Of a DNA stretch of 64,000 nt, positions 18,432-30,399 are shown one piece after another (the first letter of the stretch is position 1; the number at the start of each line of letters is the position of its first letter). The stretch covers positions 558,001-622,000 of the forward strand of contig MU008167.1 of the NCBI GenBank assembly GCA_010909165.1, in the 5' to 3' direction. This DNA comes from Anthoceros angustus (Eukaryota > Plantae > Anthocerotophyta). The position numbers and the translations under genes were made by a program. A model generated the notes under the pieces. It was not told where the DNA came from. It ran no database searches and saw nothing but the letters and a program-made list of their open reading frames with translations.

Positions 18432-20920
18432 AACACGATAATTTTTGAAGGGGGGGATATCCTTCGCCGAGACAAGACCCCTTGTCACGAAGAACACCTT
18501 TCCTAGAACGACATGCCCTACTTTGATAATGCACACACCCTTTACGAGGTCATATCTTTGATAAAAGATGCACTTTCAAGTCTACACCGAGCTGGAGCAC
18601 AATAGGGTGTGGGCCCGTCTGCGTTTTGTAGAATGCATAGAGGGCTGCCATTTTCATATGTTTATTACAACCGAAAACTTTTACTTTCAAGTGGTGGAAC
18701 ACAATGAAAACAATCTTGTACTAGCGGGAGTCTTATTTCAATGGTCGTGAGAACATTGCAACAAACAACTGCTAAAGGAAGAAGTGGTCATCAGCATCGA
18801 CAATAGTCATTCAAGAGTGCGGCCCGACGACTCATCCATGCCTTGCGCCGAAACTGAGTCAAGTACCACCGCCATATTCCGGAGGCGGTCCATATCCTCC
18901 GCCTCGAAGTTGTCGTTCTCCTCCATTGCTTGCTCGTCTTCAATAGTACCATTCTTGGGCCCAGCGTCCGACGGTGTCGACTGCCACACAGCATCTAGCA
19001 TCTGCTGACCCTCATCCAAAAGGTCGCCAGTCGTGGTCTTCAACCTTCTGGCACTCAATGCAACCACTTGGGCTTTAAGGCAATGCTAGCGTCCTTAAAA
19101 TGAACAAAGTTAGTTGCCCATGCGCCCATGCAAGCATCCTTAAAATCAACAAAATTGAGTTGTTAGGAAGATACAGGTTTTTCATTATTACACTTTTTTC
19201 CCAAACACTTGACCAACAATCCCAAGTTGCAACTCTTGAGGCGCTAAATATATATTTTTGAAGACAGCCTATGAGGAGGGGGGGCGCCGGCCGGCCGGCG
19301 CCCATGGGTGGGCAGGTGTGCTAGGGGAGGCGCCGGCCGGCCGCCCATGGGCGGTGTGCTAGGGGAGGCGCCGGCCGCCCATGGGCGGTGTGCTAGGGGA
19401 GGCGCCGGCCGGCGCCCATGGGCGGTGCTAGGGGAGGCGCCGGCCGGCGCCATGGGCGGTGTGCTAGGGGAGGCGCCGGCCATGGTGGTGTGCTAGGGGA
19501 GGCGCCGGCCGGCGCCCATGGGCGTGGTGGAGGCGCCGGCGCCCATGGGCGTGGCGCAGAGGGGCGCCGGCCGCCCATGGGTGGTGTTAGGGGAGGCGCC
19601 GGCCGGCCGCCCATGGGCGGTGTGCTAGGGGAGGCGCCGGCCGCCCATGGGCGGTGCTAGGGGAGGCGCCGGCGCCTCCTTAGCACCATCCTACGGTGCA
19701 TGCGGGTGAAGCTAGGGGGGGGACAAGAAGGGAACGGCAGGTATCCTATCACCGATGGAAGGTGTGGCCCATTTGCAGGAAGGGTTAAAAGATTTGCGTC
19801 CATAGGTGACTGTTGAAGAGTACAAGTGGTGGGAAGCCTTTTGGGTGGACCGGAAGGAGATTGCTATCATTGTGGAGAATAACATTGGGCTAGTGCTACA
19901 GCGTCCTTGGAAGTGGTTTTCACGTGTAGAAGTGGATCATACAGCCTGACCACTTCAAGTGCCGGATGAAGCTTTGCTAGATGAGGCATTATTGAGGGAC
20001 CTCCACAGTGATATGTACTTGGGGCATATCAAAATGCGGGAAGGCAACTGGAAATGGCACGGATGAATGGGGACATAACGGAACCGAGAGGGATGTTTCG
20101 CGGCTGCAATACGGACACGCATAGGCCATTACGGATTGGGAGGTCATTGACGTGAAGCTAAACGCACCACGACCTCACTTTCTTCTCCACTGGTATCGGA
20201 CCGACCGCACAGATGCGTATGAAGGGAGATATGTGCAGGAATACATAGTCCGCCAGGGTGGTAACCCATCTGGTCCAATGCAGAGGAAAAAAGGGAATAA
20301 GGTCCATTACCTGAAAAACATACAAGAGGTATTTGTGAATGAAACAGTCATCCTGTACTATGGGTTTGTGTTGAACGCACGGAAACATCTATATGCGGTG
20401 GACAAAAAAGCGATAAGGGATAAGCTCTGCGAGTTGCGTGGCTTCATACAACTGCAGTCAAAGTGTCAAGATAGTGATGACAATGGAGGAGAAGTCGGAC
20501 CAAGTGATGACGATGGATTGAACTCGGGATGAGTGAAACGAAATCTCGTTTTCGGGGTCCCGAGTTAATGTTGTAAGTCCGGTCGATGTTTACGTGTTAG
20601 GAAATACCACTGTCGTGGCTTTTGTGGTGTCATAACAAAACCACATTTCCATCCCAAAGCGAGTTCTGATCGTCCTGCGGCGAACGGCCTTCCTCACCGT
20701 TCCTACTTTGCATCATTCCCTAGGTTCGAGTTTGCGACCACCATTCGACACAAACATTCTTTGGATGGAAAGTAGTAACTTTCTTGGTGACACCTTTTTT
20801 CGAGTCGCTTTTCCAATGCCTTCAAAACGCTATTTTAGGGCCCATCAAAAACCCCCTTCAGAGATTATTTGCGGAAAACCCCCTTCGAGATTATTAACCC
20901 CCTTCAAAAATTATCGTGTT
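18432..20920. mobile_element. Unclassified 2.5-kb TIR element inserted in the protease
   Basis: Perfect 23-bp TIR aacacgataatttttgaaggggg at both ends and a 4-bp TSD AAGC (18428-18431 and 20921-20924). Subterminal cccccttc..gattatt repeats at 20850-20905. Confidence 0.88.
19270..19680. repeat. GC-rich ~38-bp minisatellite (ggcgccggccg.ccgcccatgggcggtgtgctagggga)
   Basis: About 10 imperfect copies inside the TIR element. Confidence 0.92.
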
Positions 20921-21616
20921 AAGCAATGAACTTCAAGAACCGTCGCATCCTTGGTACCTGGCTTAAGCTCTATGCGAACCGGATCCCTCGTGATCCCCAT
21001 TACTTGCTCCCTGGTGCCCGCGGACGTGGTGATACGTACTTCACATGGCCTCAGTCTGTCGCCATAGAGCTGAAGTGCCTTCGCACACGGATCCCAAGTA
21101 GCACTGGGTCCGCGCCTGTGTCTACCAAGACACATTCCGGGGCGAAGCCATTCACGGTGACTTCTCGGCTTCGATTGTCCACCATGGCGACTCCCCCTTT
21201 TCCCCGAGCCGCTGGTTTCAGATGTTCCCCGCATAGGCTGGTGAAGCCAGACATCGCGTCAGCTTCTGGGCATGCACCTTTCATCCATGCCTGCATCGCC
21301 TGCCTGAATGGCTGCAGCTTCACTCCTGTGTCAGCCCAGTGGGCACGCCCATTGCCTTTCCAAGAAGAGCTCCATGTTGGGCGGCTTCCCTTCGCGGAGT
21401 TCATGTGCTCGGGATCCTCCACCTGCCGGAAGGATCTGGGCATCTTGGGTTGGCTCCTTGTCCCGATCCTTTTGCTTTTGACAGCTTCCCCCATGTCAGC
21501 ACCGCCTTGGGTCACCCCCACGGTCATTAGCGCATACACTTCTTGGTCCGAGTCGTACTCTTCCAGGGCCGCGTCAGTGGCCCTTGATGTGCTTACACTC
21601 ATCGCCAATTGTTCCT
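20921..21616 (-). pseudogene. gag-pol linker and N-terminal half of the aspartic protease (inverted block)
   Basis: Minus-strand ORF with VLVDTGA active site (ECVLVDTGADPVLLG), frameshifting to ...DPVRIELKPGTKDATVLEVHC. Confidence 0.85.
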
Positions 21617-24553
21617 AGTCCCATGGAATGGGACATCGTAGACAAACGGTGCAAGGAACTAGCTGCGGCTGGGCTAATCAGGAAGTCAACATCGCAATAT
21701 GCCGCAGCTACCGTGCTGCCACTCAAGAAGGATGAACATGGGGAATGGAAGGATAGGAGAATGTGTGGGGACTACCGGGCTCTGAATGAAATAACGCCCA
21801 TGGAGCGGTATCCCATGCCCACGATGAGATCTTTGGCGCCATTGGTGAAGCCAAGTACTTCACCACTGACTTTCGATCCGGATTCAATCGGATAGTGATT
21901 GAGGAGGAAGACAAGTGCAAGACAGTTTTGGGGCAAAGAGCTATGGGAATGGGAGACCATGCCATTCGATGAAGAATGCATCCATATATTTTCAACGTGT
22001 GGTGACTTGGAATTGCAAGGGTGGCGTTGTCAAGTGTTACATCGATGACATTCGTGTTCGAACAACTGGAGGAACACATTGAGCACTTAGAGGTCTTCAG
22101 CCAAAACTGGATTGAAGGCCCATCCCAAGAAATGCAAGTTCGCATACAGGGAGATTGAATACCTAGGGCACAAGATTGTGCCAGGGGGCGTGATGCCACA
22201 GTTGGCCAAAGTACAAGCGATGAGTCTCATGCCCAGACCAAAGGATGTGGCTGCCTTGAGGGCATTCCTGGGCTTGGTGAATTATTATCGTCGGTTTGTA
22301 AGGGACATGAGCAGAACCTGCAAGCCACTATATGAGCTACTCAAAAGGGAAACTGGCAGGGGTGGAGCAAGAGCAAGCGTGGCAGGAGTTGAAAGAGCAG
22401 CTGGCAGAGAGGCCAATGCTTAAGCGGCCCAACTTCGACAGGCCCTTCGTCCTATACACGGATTGGAGTGCTGTAGGCATTGGTGCCGTGCTTGCCCAGG
22501 CAGATGAGGAAGGAAGAGAGCGGGTTGTGGCGTATGCGAGCAGGTCGAACAACACCGCGGAGGCCAACTATTCGTCCTATGAAGGGGAGTGCCTTGCCGC
22601 TGTGTGGGCCGTCTTACACTTCAGAGTATATCTATTTGGTCGAAGTTTTCAATTAGTCACGGATCACCAGCCATTGCACTGGCTGATGACCAACATGAAG
22701 CTGAGCGGGAAGCTTGCCAGGTGGGCTCTCCTGCTATCTGAGTATGATATGCAAATTGTGCACCGCGCTGGGAAGGTACACCTCAACGCTGATGGGCTCA
22801 GCCGGAACCCGATGTGTGGGGCCGAAGATACCACTGGGGCGAGACAAGACTTCGGATCTGTGCAACATTTGCCCAGTGGGTATTTGGCGATGCTGTCCTT
22901 GGAGCCAGTGTGATCAGACGTCAGAAGGAGGTCGAGACATATGGAAACTCAAGCATGCCATTCAGCTGTTAAGGGATGGGCATGTGGCTGATGTGGACAC
23001 AATGTCACTCCAGAAGCTGCAGCGACGGATTGCTCGCTATACATACAAAGACGGCAAGGTGTATGTGGAAGATCGAGGGGTGCGTAAGGAGGTGCCACCT
23101 GTCGGAGAACGAAGATCACTAGTGACCAAGATACACAGAACGTTGGGACATTTTGGTGTCAAGAGGACACACCATATGTTGAAAAGCACATACTTTTGGT
23201 CAGGTATGTATGCGGATGTAGAGCAGGTGGTGGCGCGATGCGCTGCATGTGATGCAGTGAAGGCAAGGTTCAACAGCCAGGATGTGGTGCTACATTCGCC
23301 CATCGTGGACTATTCTTTCGATGGTCAGTTGATTTGATGCCAGAATTGCCAGTGACCAAGCAAGGCAACAAGCACTGCATGTTGATGATAGAGCACTTTT
23401 CGAAGTGGGTGGAACTAGCCTTTCTCCCGGTCAGAAGCTCCACGTACACAGCCCGCGCATTTCTGCAGTGTGTCCTCAGCAGATATGGAAGTTGCGCGGA
23501 GGTGTTGACGGACCAAGGCAATGAGTTCCGCGGTGAGTTCCAAGCGTTGCTGGATCGGAGTTTGATAGACCACCGCCGCACATCTCGAGATCATCCTCAA
23601 GCTGACGGATTGGCAGAACGGCTAGTGCAAACTTTTAAGGACGCTCTTCGCAAATACTGTACTGAGGTTGAGACCAGTTGCTGGGATGAGTTGTTACCAT
23701 ATGTTGCATTAGGATACAGGATCAGTGTGCAGGCTGCTTTGGGCAACTTCAGCCCATATTTCATCATGTTGGGCGGAATCTTTGTCATGCCAAACATTGT
23801 GGCGTATGCCTATTCTAAACCGAGATTGGGCACGTAATCCGGAGGAATGTTTCAGAATTACAAAATCGCGCCAAGTTGTTTCAGCGGGTAATTCCCATGG
23901 CCATGGATAACTTGGCCGTTGCCCAACATCGGGACCAACTTCGATATGCCTTTACGCGCGGTGGCTCATGGAAACCCAAGGCGAGGAAATTCGAAGTAGG
24001 GGACTTTGTGTATTTACAACACCGACCATCAGGCACGTTGGTTGTAAGCACTGGGCGCTTGATTTTGCGGGTGGTGAATGTGGGTGAGCAGGGAGTCATT
24101 GAATTGGAAGGTCAGGACGGACGACGCTGCAAGGAACACATGCGTCACTTGGCACCTTGTCACCTGCCAAACTTGGACACAAGGACTCAGCCACAGGCAT
24201 GGAAACCACCACTTGACCTGCCTTGCGAACTTTGCGGCCACATTACAGACCCGGAGCTCATGATTCTTTGCGACCAGTGCAATCGGGGGTATCATGTGTT
24301 TTGCCTACGACCCCCTCTCACGATGATTCCCGATGGTGAATGGTACACATCGCGTTTTCCGCGACTCAAGACAAGGGTCAGCGGACGACGGCTGCCGCGA
24401 AGCTATCGAAGGATAAATACCTTAGGGCAAAAACGGTGCATAAGGCCGTCGGCGCTCATTCAGAGCAGAAGAGAGAAGGGCGTGAGCGGCGAAGATATCC
24501 GAGCGTGGCGGTGGCGCACGCATGCGGGAGGCAAGACAATCAAAGGCCCGTGA
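21617..24553 (+). pseudogene. pol: reverse transcriptase, RNase H, integrase and C-terminal PHD finger; several frameshifts and stops
   Basis: RT: GLIRKSTSQYAAATV, RMCGDYRALN, YIDD at 22038. RH: FVLYTDWSAVGIGAVL, LVTDHQPL. INT: HRTLGHFG...CAAC, VLTDQGNEF, HPQADGLAER. PHD at 24224-24350. Confidence 0.93.
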
Positions 24554-24942
24554 GCAAAAACAAGCTCATGAGCGGGCTTGTGTGAGTTGCAGGTGCCAAG
24601 TGTAGCGGGAGGCCTAACCGGGCTCCAGCCGTTGGAAGCTGTGTGAGATAGGGAGGAATTGACTGCGAGCTCTCACCATCACTCCTGACATCAGGGTTGG
24701 TCAGCTCGCGACTTGAGGACAGTGCAACTACGGATCACCCTCAAGCCGCACGACTGCTACGTCACCCAATCCGCGTGTCATAGACTACGACGCTGGTGAG
24801 CGATTTGCGCACAGTACTTCCTATGGTTTGAGCTGACGATTAGCCATCATAGTGGTGACGTTAGGCGGTGGTGGTCTCGGAGGGTGACTGGCGCCAGCGG
24901 TGTGGGCACGCTAACCCGATGTCAGCAGGTTGCTAGGACAAC

Positions 24943-25766
24943 ATGGATCTGGAGGCGGACCATACCTGCAAAACGTGCTTTCGAAGGCTGCATCATAGTA
25001 TTCCGCAATTTCCTGACCGGCCGTGGGAGGACAAGTGGCGCACTCCTTTGATACGGAAGTATCAACCTGGCAAGCCTGAACGACCGGAGACCTTCCTGGA
25101 GTTGCAAGCCTTCTTGCTTTACATGGAATCTCATCATGAAACATGTTCAGTTGAAAACTTCTCATATGACCACAAGGACCTCTTTGAGCTTGCAGGGCGG
25201 GGCATGAACCGACAGACCTTTGTTTGGACAAGCTATTGTGAAGGTGCCTTTCGGAAGTTGGAGCATCACTTGTTTATGCACCAGGTCTTTGACCACTGGC
25301 CCAAAGAAGGGTTTTTGATGTACAGGCAGCAGGAGAAACCAGCGGATGTGCGCAGTTTGAAAGTCTGGCTCAGCCATTTTCATCGGGAGAAGGCGGGGCG
25401 GTATGCCATCGGTTACCCTAGAGCATTTTACTGCTTGCATGTTTGCATGATGGCTCGGAATGGGATGAACCAACAAATTTGAATCGGTATTTGCTTAACG
25501 ACAATGTGGGGGAGTTCTTGCGTGCTCAGTGCATTGAGAAACAATTTTATGTCAATGGTTTGAATGGCCCACAATTGCCTAGGGTCAAAACTGAGTTGGA
25601 CGGATTTGACGAAGAGGAGGAAATCATGGCTCGACATCGTGCCAGGGAGAGGCAGCGGTTAAGCAAAGCTCAAGTTGATGAGTACTTTGATCCCGAGGAA
25701 CGGCGGGTGGCAGCCCGCCACAGGAGTTTTGGAGTCCGACAAACCATCAGAGCCTCAATTGCGTGA
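24943..25766 (+). CDS. Extra ORF of unknown function between pol and the 3' LTR (one frameshift near 25460)
   Basis: Overlapping 179-aa and 107-aa ORFs with protein-like composition; no family recognised. Confidence 0.5.
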
Positions 25767-25999
25767 CAGTATGTTTAGACGATTCTATAGGCGGTTTCTG
25801 ATTCCGACGTGCCAAGTCTTGCCACACCTCGCACGATTGGTGGCGAATCGGGGCCATTTTGGTGTTTACCACCCACTTTTTGCTTAGCATAGGACATTGT
25901 TGTTATGCTGTGTTCAGGGGAGAGTGTGTGAGGGTAAATTGAGGTTTAGAGATAAACCCGATCAGTGCCATGCCGACCATGCAGCCATGGCGCGACAGC

Positions 26000-26582
26000 T
26001 GTCATGGCAAGACGGGTGCTGATACATATGATGTCTGTAAGTACATGCGGATGATTGTTAGCGTATGCTCATATGCATGGGCATGGGGGGTGATGGGCAT
26101 GCACAGACTCACACCCGCCATGAACGGGCATAGCGGCAGGTTTTGAGGAGCCGGTGTGATCACGGAGTTATGGTTTCCGCCGAGAACACCGATGGAGTCA
26201 TGCGCCCAAGCAAGTTGCCCGTGACTGGCGTATACGACGCCGAGCGGAAGGGGATAAAAGGGACAGCAATCCGCGAGAAGAGACGGATTGCTGATGTTTG
26301 TTCGTAGACAGGACAGCCATACAGTTCCCATGTGGGTGGTGAATGTAGGGCTTTGGGAGTGAGAAGGGATAGCGGTGAGAAGGTTTTTTGACGGCTATCG
26401 CGCAGATGTGTGTTGTGAGTCTGGCCGAATGAGTTTTGCCATTTTGGTGTTTACCACCCACTTTTTGCTTAGCATAGGACATTGTTGTTATGCTGTGTTC
26501 AGGGGAGAGTGTGTGAGGGTAAATTGAGGTTTAGAGATAAACCCGATCAGTGCCATGCCGACCATGCAGCCATGGCGCGACA
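26000..26582 (+). repeat. 3' LTR of the DNMT-gypsy element
   Basis: Begins tgtcatggcaag, ends catggcgcgaca and is followed by the TSD CTTG. Its last ~145 bp differ from the 5' LTR but duplicate 25854-25997. Confidence 0.8.
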
Positions 26583-28318
26583 CTTGCCTCATTGGGCTAA
26601 GGGCTTGAAAAACCTTCAAGGGGGGATCTCCGACACTCAACTACCATGTCTCCCTATCTCTCGCTTCTCACTCCCCCTCTAGCCCTCTCCCAAGCTCCTC
26701 GACATCGATTTGTACTCCTTGCTTGAAAGGGGCGCCCGCGCCTCGATGATGAATCAGAGTCTTTGCTCGAAAAATAGATGAACGCCTCAACCTTGAGAGA
26801 GAACCATCGAAACATCCTCCTGCCTCCCGCTAACAAAGCTATAGGGGTCCCAGAAGTAGATCAAAACGAAGCAAAACTAGAGAAAAACGGTCCCAACGAA
26901 GAGCAGGAAAGAGCACTTGATTTCCCTGCAGCATATCCAAGCTAGGTTCTCAAGACTAGCACAAGGATCAAACCCTAGGTTTCTATTCAAAACGCACACC
27001 CAATGCCAAAACTGTCTAACTGACATACCAGTTCACGAGAGGGAGGCTTACATTTCTTAATGATCGAACCAACATGTCATTCGGGTATAACCTACCAATA
27101 CTAACAAATGAGCCTAACTCGCCTGTCTTACACCTTCAAATGAGCGAGGGTTTAGTAACTTCCATAGGCAGACCGTTTGCAATTGATGCTCCCATGAAGG
27201 AGAAGTTGAGTGATCTCTATAGAGCTTTGGAATCTTGTCATCGCCCTCTAAGACGTTCAACTTCGGTCGGATGACTTGTAACTCTTGCAACCTCCTTGAA
27301 ACCTTCATTGGAACTTCGGAATATCCAAGTTGCAACAACGTATAAATTTGAGACTGCAGGCTAGGCAGACCACGTTGTCACTCTTCCCACTAGTAAATCA
27401 GTGGACAGAGTCCATTAAATCATGACCAAATGGAGATTAAGAGTGTGTAGGTCGATTAGCCTAAATCATGCATTGAATTGGTGGAAGTAAAAGTGATTTT
27501 AGTTGAGCAAGTAAGAAGGGGCGAAGAGCTCTAAGGATTTGGTGGAGCTTTGGTAGCTTGTGGATGCTGTGGAGAAGTTAGGGTCGGAGCAATTCAAGGA
27601 CCTGCATAATCTGAAAGAGGATTTCGAGCGGGTGCGCAAAATTTCTAGCAAAGCCTTAGATATGCAAATGAAGATATTGGATGTCTAAGAGAAACAGCAC
27701 GAACATTCCTCGTAGAATTCAACGTCTTCCCTTTCATGAAGCAAACATGGGGATACTAGTTCGCATCACTCGCAACCAGCGAATATCCATAATGCCACTG
27801 TCAACCAACTGCAAAGTAAACTTAGGGAATCATAGCATATCAACACACACACACATGACAATAGGTTTTTGAAAGCACACTAACATGCTCTTGTTCTTCC
27901 TGGTGCCAACTCGCAATGGCTTGCTGGCAATGTACGGCAGAAATGTGAGCTGGTATTGGTATACCATTGCCGATCGACACACTCCGGGCATGGACAGACT
28001 ATGTACATCTCCTGGCTTATCCGTGGCATGTTGGCAGAATAGAATGTAATTCAAATGGAGGTTTTGAATTCGGGGAACCCAATTTGAACTGAGCTTGCAA
28101 AACTGTAGTCTGCAATGAATTTGCCGTGCCATAAGTGATCACGCACCTCATGATGGACTACCTTCACTGCACTACCTTCACCACACTATCTTCACCGTTC
28201 ATTGCGGAAGGCTGGTTTTGCATCAAAAAATGCCGAGGCATAGATCTTGGAGTGAGAACTCAAAACGTTGAGTGCCCGAGCACAATAGTTGGAAGTGCCG
28301 GGTCTTCTACAAATGAAG

Positions 28319-29380
28319 TGTTAGGAATAACGATCCATTAGCATAAGCCAGCCTAGCTTGAACAGACACAACGTTTCCTGAACAGGCTTCTTATGCTTGG
28401 ACGATGTCCTTTCTCTACACACTGTTTTCAATTTAACGTCTTCCCTTTCATGGTATCAAAGCCAAGAAATCTGAATTCCATGATTCTGACCACGTCCTTC
28501 TAGAAGCCACCATCATGGACAGGAGAAGATCTCATCCTTCTCATAATTGTCCAAGTGCTTCTAGAGGCAGAAAACATAAAACTATCAAAGCACCACAAAT
28601 AGGTCTGTCTGAATTCCAAGTGGGTCTGTCTGAATTCCAAGTGGGTCTGTCTGAATTCCAAGTGGGTCTGTCTCACCAGAAAACTACTCATACACTTCTG
28701 AGGCAATTATTCAGCCATCATCAAGCAAGGTCTCATGACCATGCTTCTCAATTAAATAGTATTTTAAGTTACTTAGATGCCATTCACAGACAACAGTACG
28801 AAATACATGTTGCTCTCAACCATATTCTAAACCTTTCCTCCTAGATTTCTCTATCTACCGTCATTGCTCTACCTACGAATCGAGCATACCAAATAGATAA
28901 ACTGACCAGTACAAATTTTCATACATGGTCTACTAGGATAGAAATGTTACTTCTCCGGAATTCTTTGTGAGAAATTGTAGATGGCACCATTACTCAACCG
29001 GTTAAGGGCCATGCTGACTTACCTGACTGGCTAGCCAAAGACGCACAAGTTAGGTCAGATATTTTATTGCATGTAGGTGATCGATTGATCCCCATCATCA
29101 AAAGGTTACCTACTTCTAAAGATATATGGGACAAACTTTCAAGTACTTACTAAGAGTCGAGCATGGCTTCACGGTTACATGCTCAAGATATGCTTTTTGC
29201 CTGCAAGCTAGGTGAAAACCAACCTGTATTAGAATTAGAATCATGGCAAGGATTTCTAGATGCTGCAATTTCTACTGGTCTTAAGTTAGATGAAGAGACT
29301 CAAGTCATGCACCTCCTTAAGGCTCTCCCCCCTTCTTGGAGTCCCTTTATTTCTACTCAAGCGAGTACTTCTAATAAATA
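28319..29380 (+). mobile_element. Ty1/copia 5' portion: 132-bp LTR (28319-28450), tRNA-Met PBS, leader and truncated gag
   Basis: TG...CA LTR, tggtatcaaagcc at 28451, and UBN2-type gag (DWLAKDAQVRSDILLHV...IWDKLSSTY...LLKALPPSWSPFISTQ). Confidence 0.88.
28602..28673. repeat. 21-bp tandem repeat x3.4 in the copia leader
   Basis: ggtctgtctgaattccaagtg is repeated exactly. Confidence 0.95.
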
Positions 29381-30399
29381 GTTTATGAATTTTAAAATCT
29401 GAGTCCAAATTTTCATAGAAAAGATTGTTGTCTACGGACGCGCTTAGAATTCCTTCCAAAAGACTCGATCGAATATCCCGCAATGTGTTTGCGTATGTAC
29501 CGTGCCTGGCAGGATCATGTCGAGAGGTCGAACAAAGCGGTTTTGTAATGATGATCTTGTTTGAACAATCGCCCACAACCGGGTACAAGTGGATGTTGTA
29601 GCGGTAGATTTTTGATGTGAAGTATTGCCTTGACACCGCCAATAATTCTGGATCAATTGATCCCGCCTTTGTCTCGACCCCCACCCGAGGATGCCGGTTG
29701 GAATACACGAGGAGGTCTTAGAAAACCTCGGCCTTGAGAAGGTCTTTGCAAATCCTCCTCTTCCACCGAATCCACAATTCGATTTATTCCTCGGCATTGC
29801 AACTACAAAGATGTTCACCGCATGTGCTCGATACCATATGAAAACCGAGGCGGATTTAAGTCAAGAAAGCTTGACATGATGTGGTGTCACGAAGAACAAG
29901 TGCAAGCAGTAATGCTTAGATAAAATAAAATAAATGAGCATACATAAACGTAATTGTAGTTTAAATAGTGTAAACCTAATGAACCCCATACGCCTAGGTT
30001 ACACATATACTTAATGTATATTTTCATATCCTCCTTGCTCTTGTCCTGCTTGGTTTGTCCATACCTTGCTTGGAGCATTCTCAAAGAGTCTTCCTCCCCA
30101 ATTGTTGGCGATGTTCCCACTAAATTCTTGGCCCTTTTGCGTTGTCCTCGCCCCGGCTCTTCCTTATCTGGGGTGAGGGAACTTCTCACCCCTCCCCTTC
30201 GGTCCTAATTCCGCTCTTGCTCTCCTCCTGGGGCGTTTCCCCACCACCTCATCCGCTCCTCTAGGGGTATACTACCGGACCCCGGCTCCTTCATCCGCAA
30301 CAGCCCCGCGGCCCGACTCTAACAGCTGCCACTGCAGCACTACCCCGGTAGTGCGACTACAGGGGTAGTGGGCACCACCAGAGTCCGGGACTCACAGTG

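Larger units (their letters stand above)
14694..26582 (+). mobile_element. Ty3/gypsy LTR retrotransposon carrying a cytosine DNA methyltransferase and a PHD finger; rearranged
   Basis: TGTC...GACA termini with CTTG on both flanks (14690-14693 and 26583-26586). LTR similarity between 14694-15135 and 26000-26440. Restored domain order gag-PR-DNMT-RT-RH-INT-PHD is gypsy-type. Confidence 0.92.

Noticed and set aside
26587-27715. Further LTR element (tgacatacca as a minus-strand PBS near 27021) and a degenerate coiled-coil frame at 27400-27700
   Set aside because: The PBS match is imperfect, no LTR boundary or partner was found, and the frame is riddled with stops.
28602-28673. CRISPR-like array (also considered for 56600-56825 and 55975-56135)
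   Set aside because: Units are contiguous with no unique spacers, there are no cas genes, and the context is eukaryotic.
29286-29880. IYRYNIHLYP resembling an Argonaute N-domain strand
   Set aside because: A single short motif with no PAZ/PIWI sequence nearby; likely chance.
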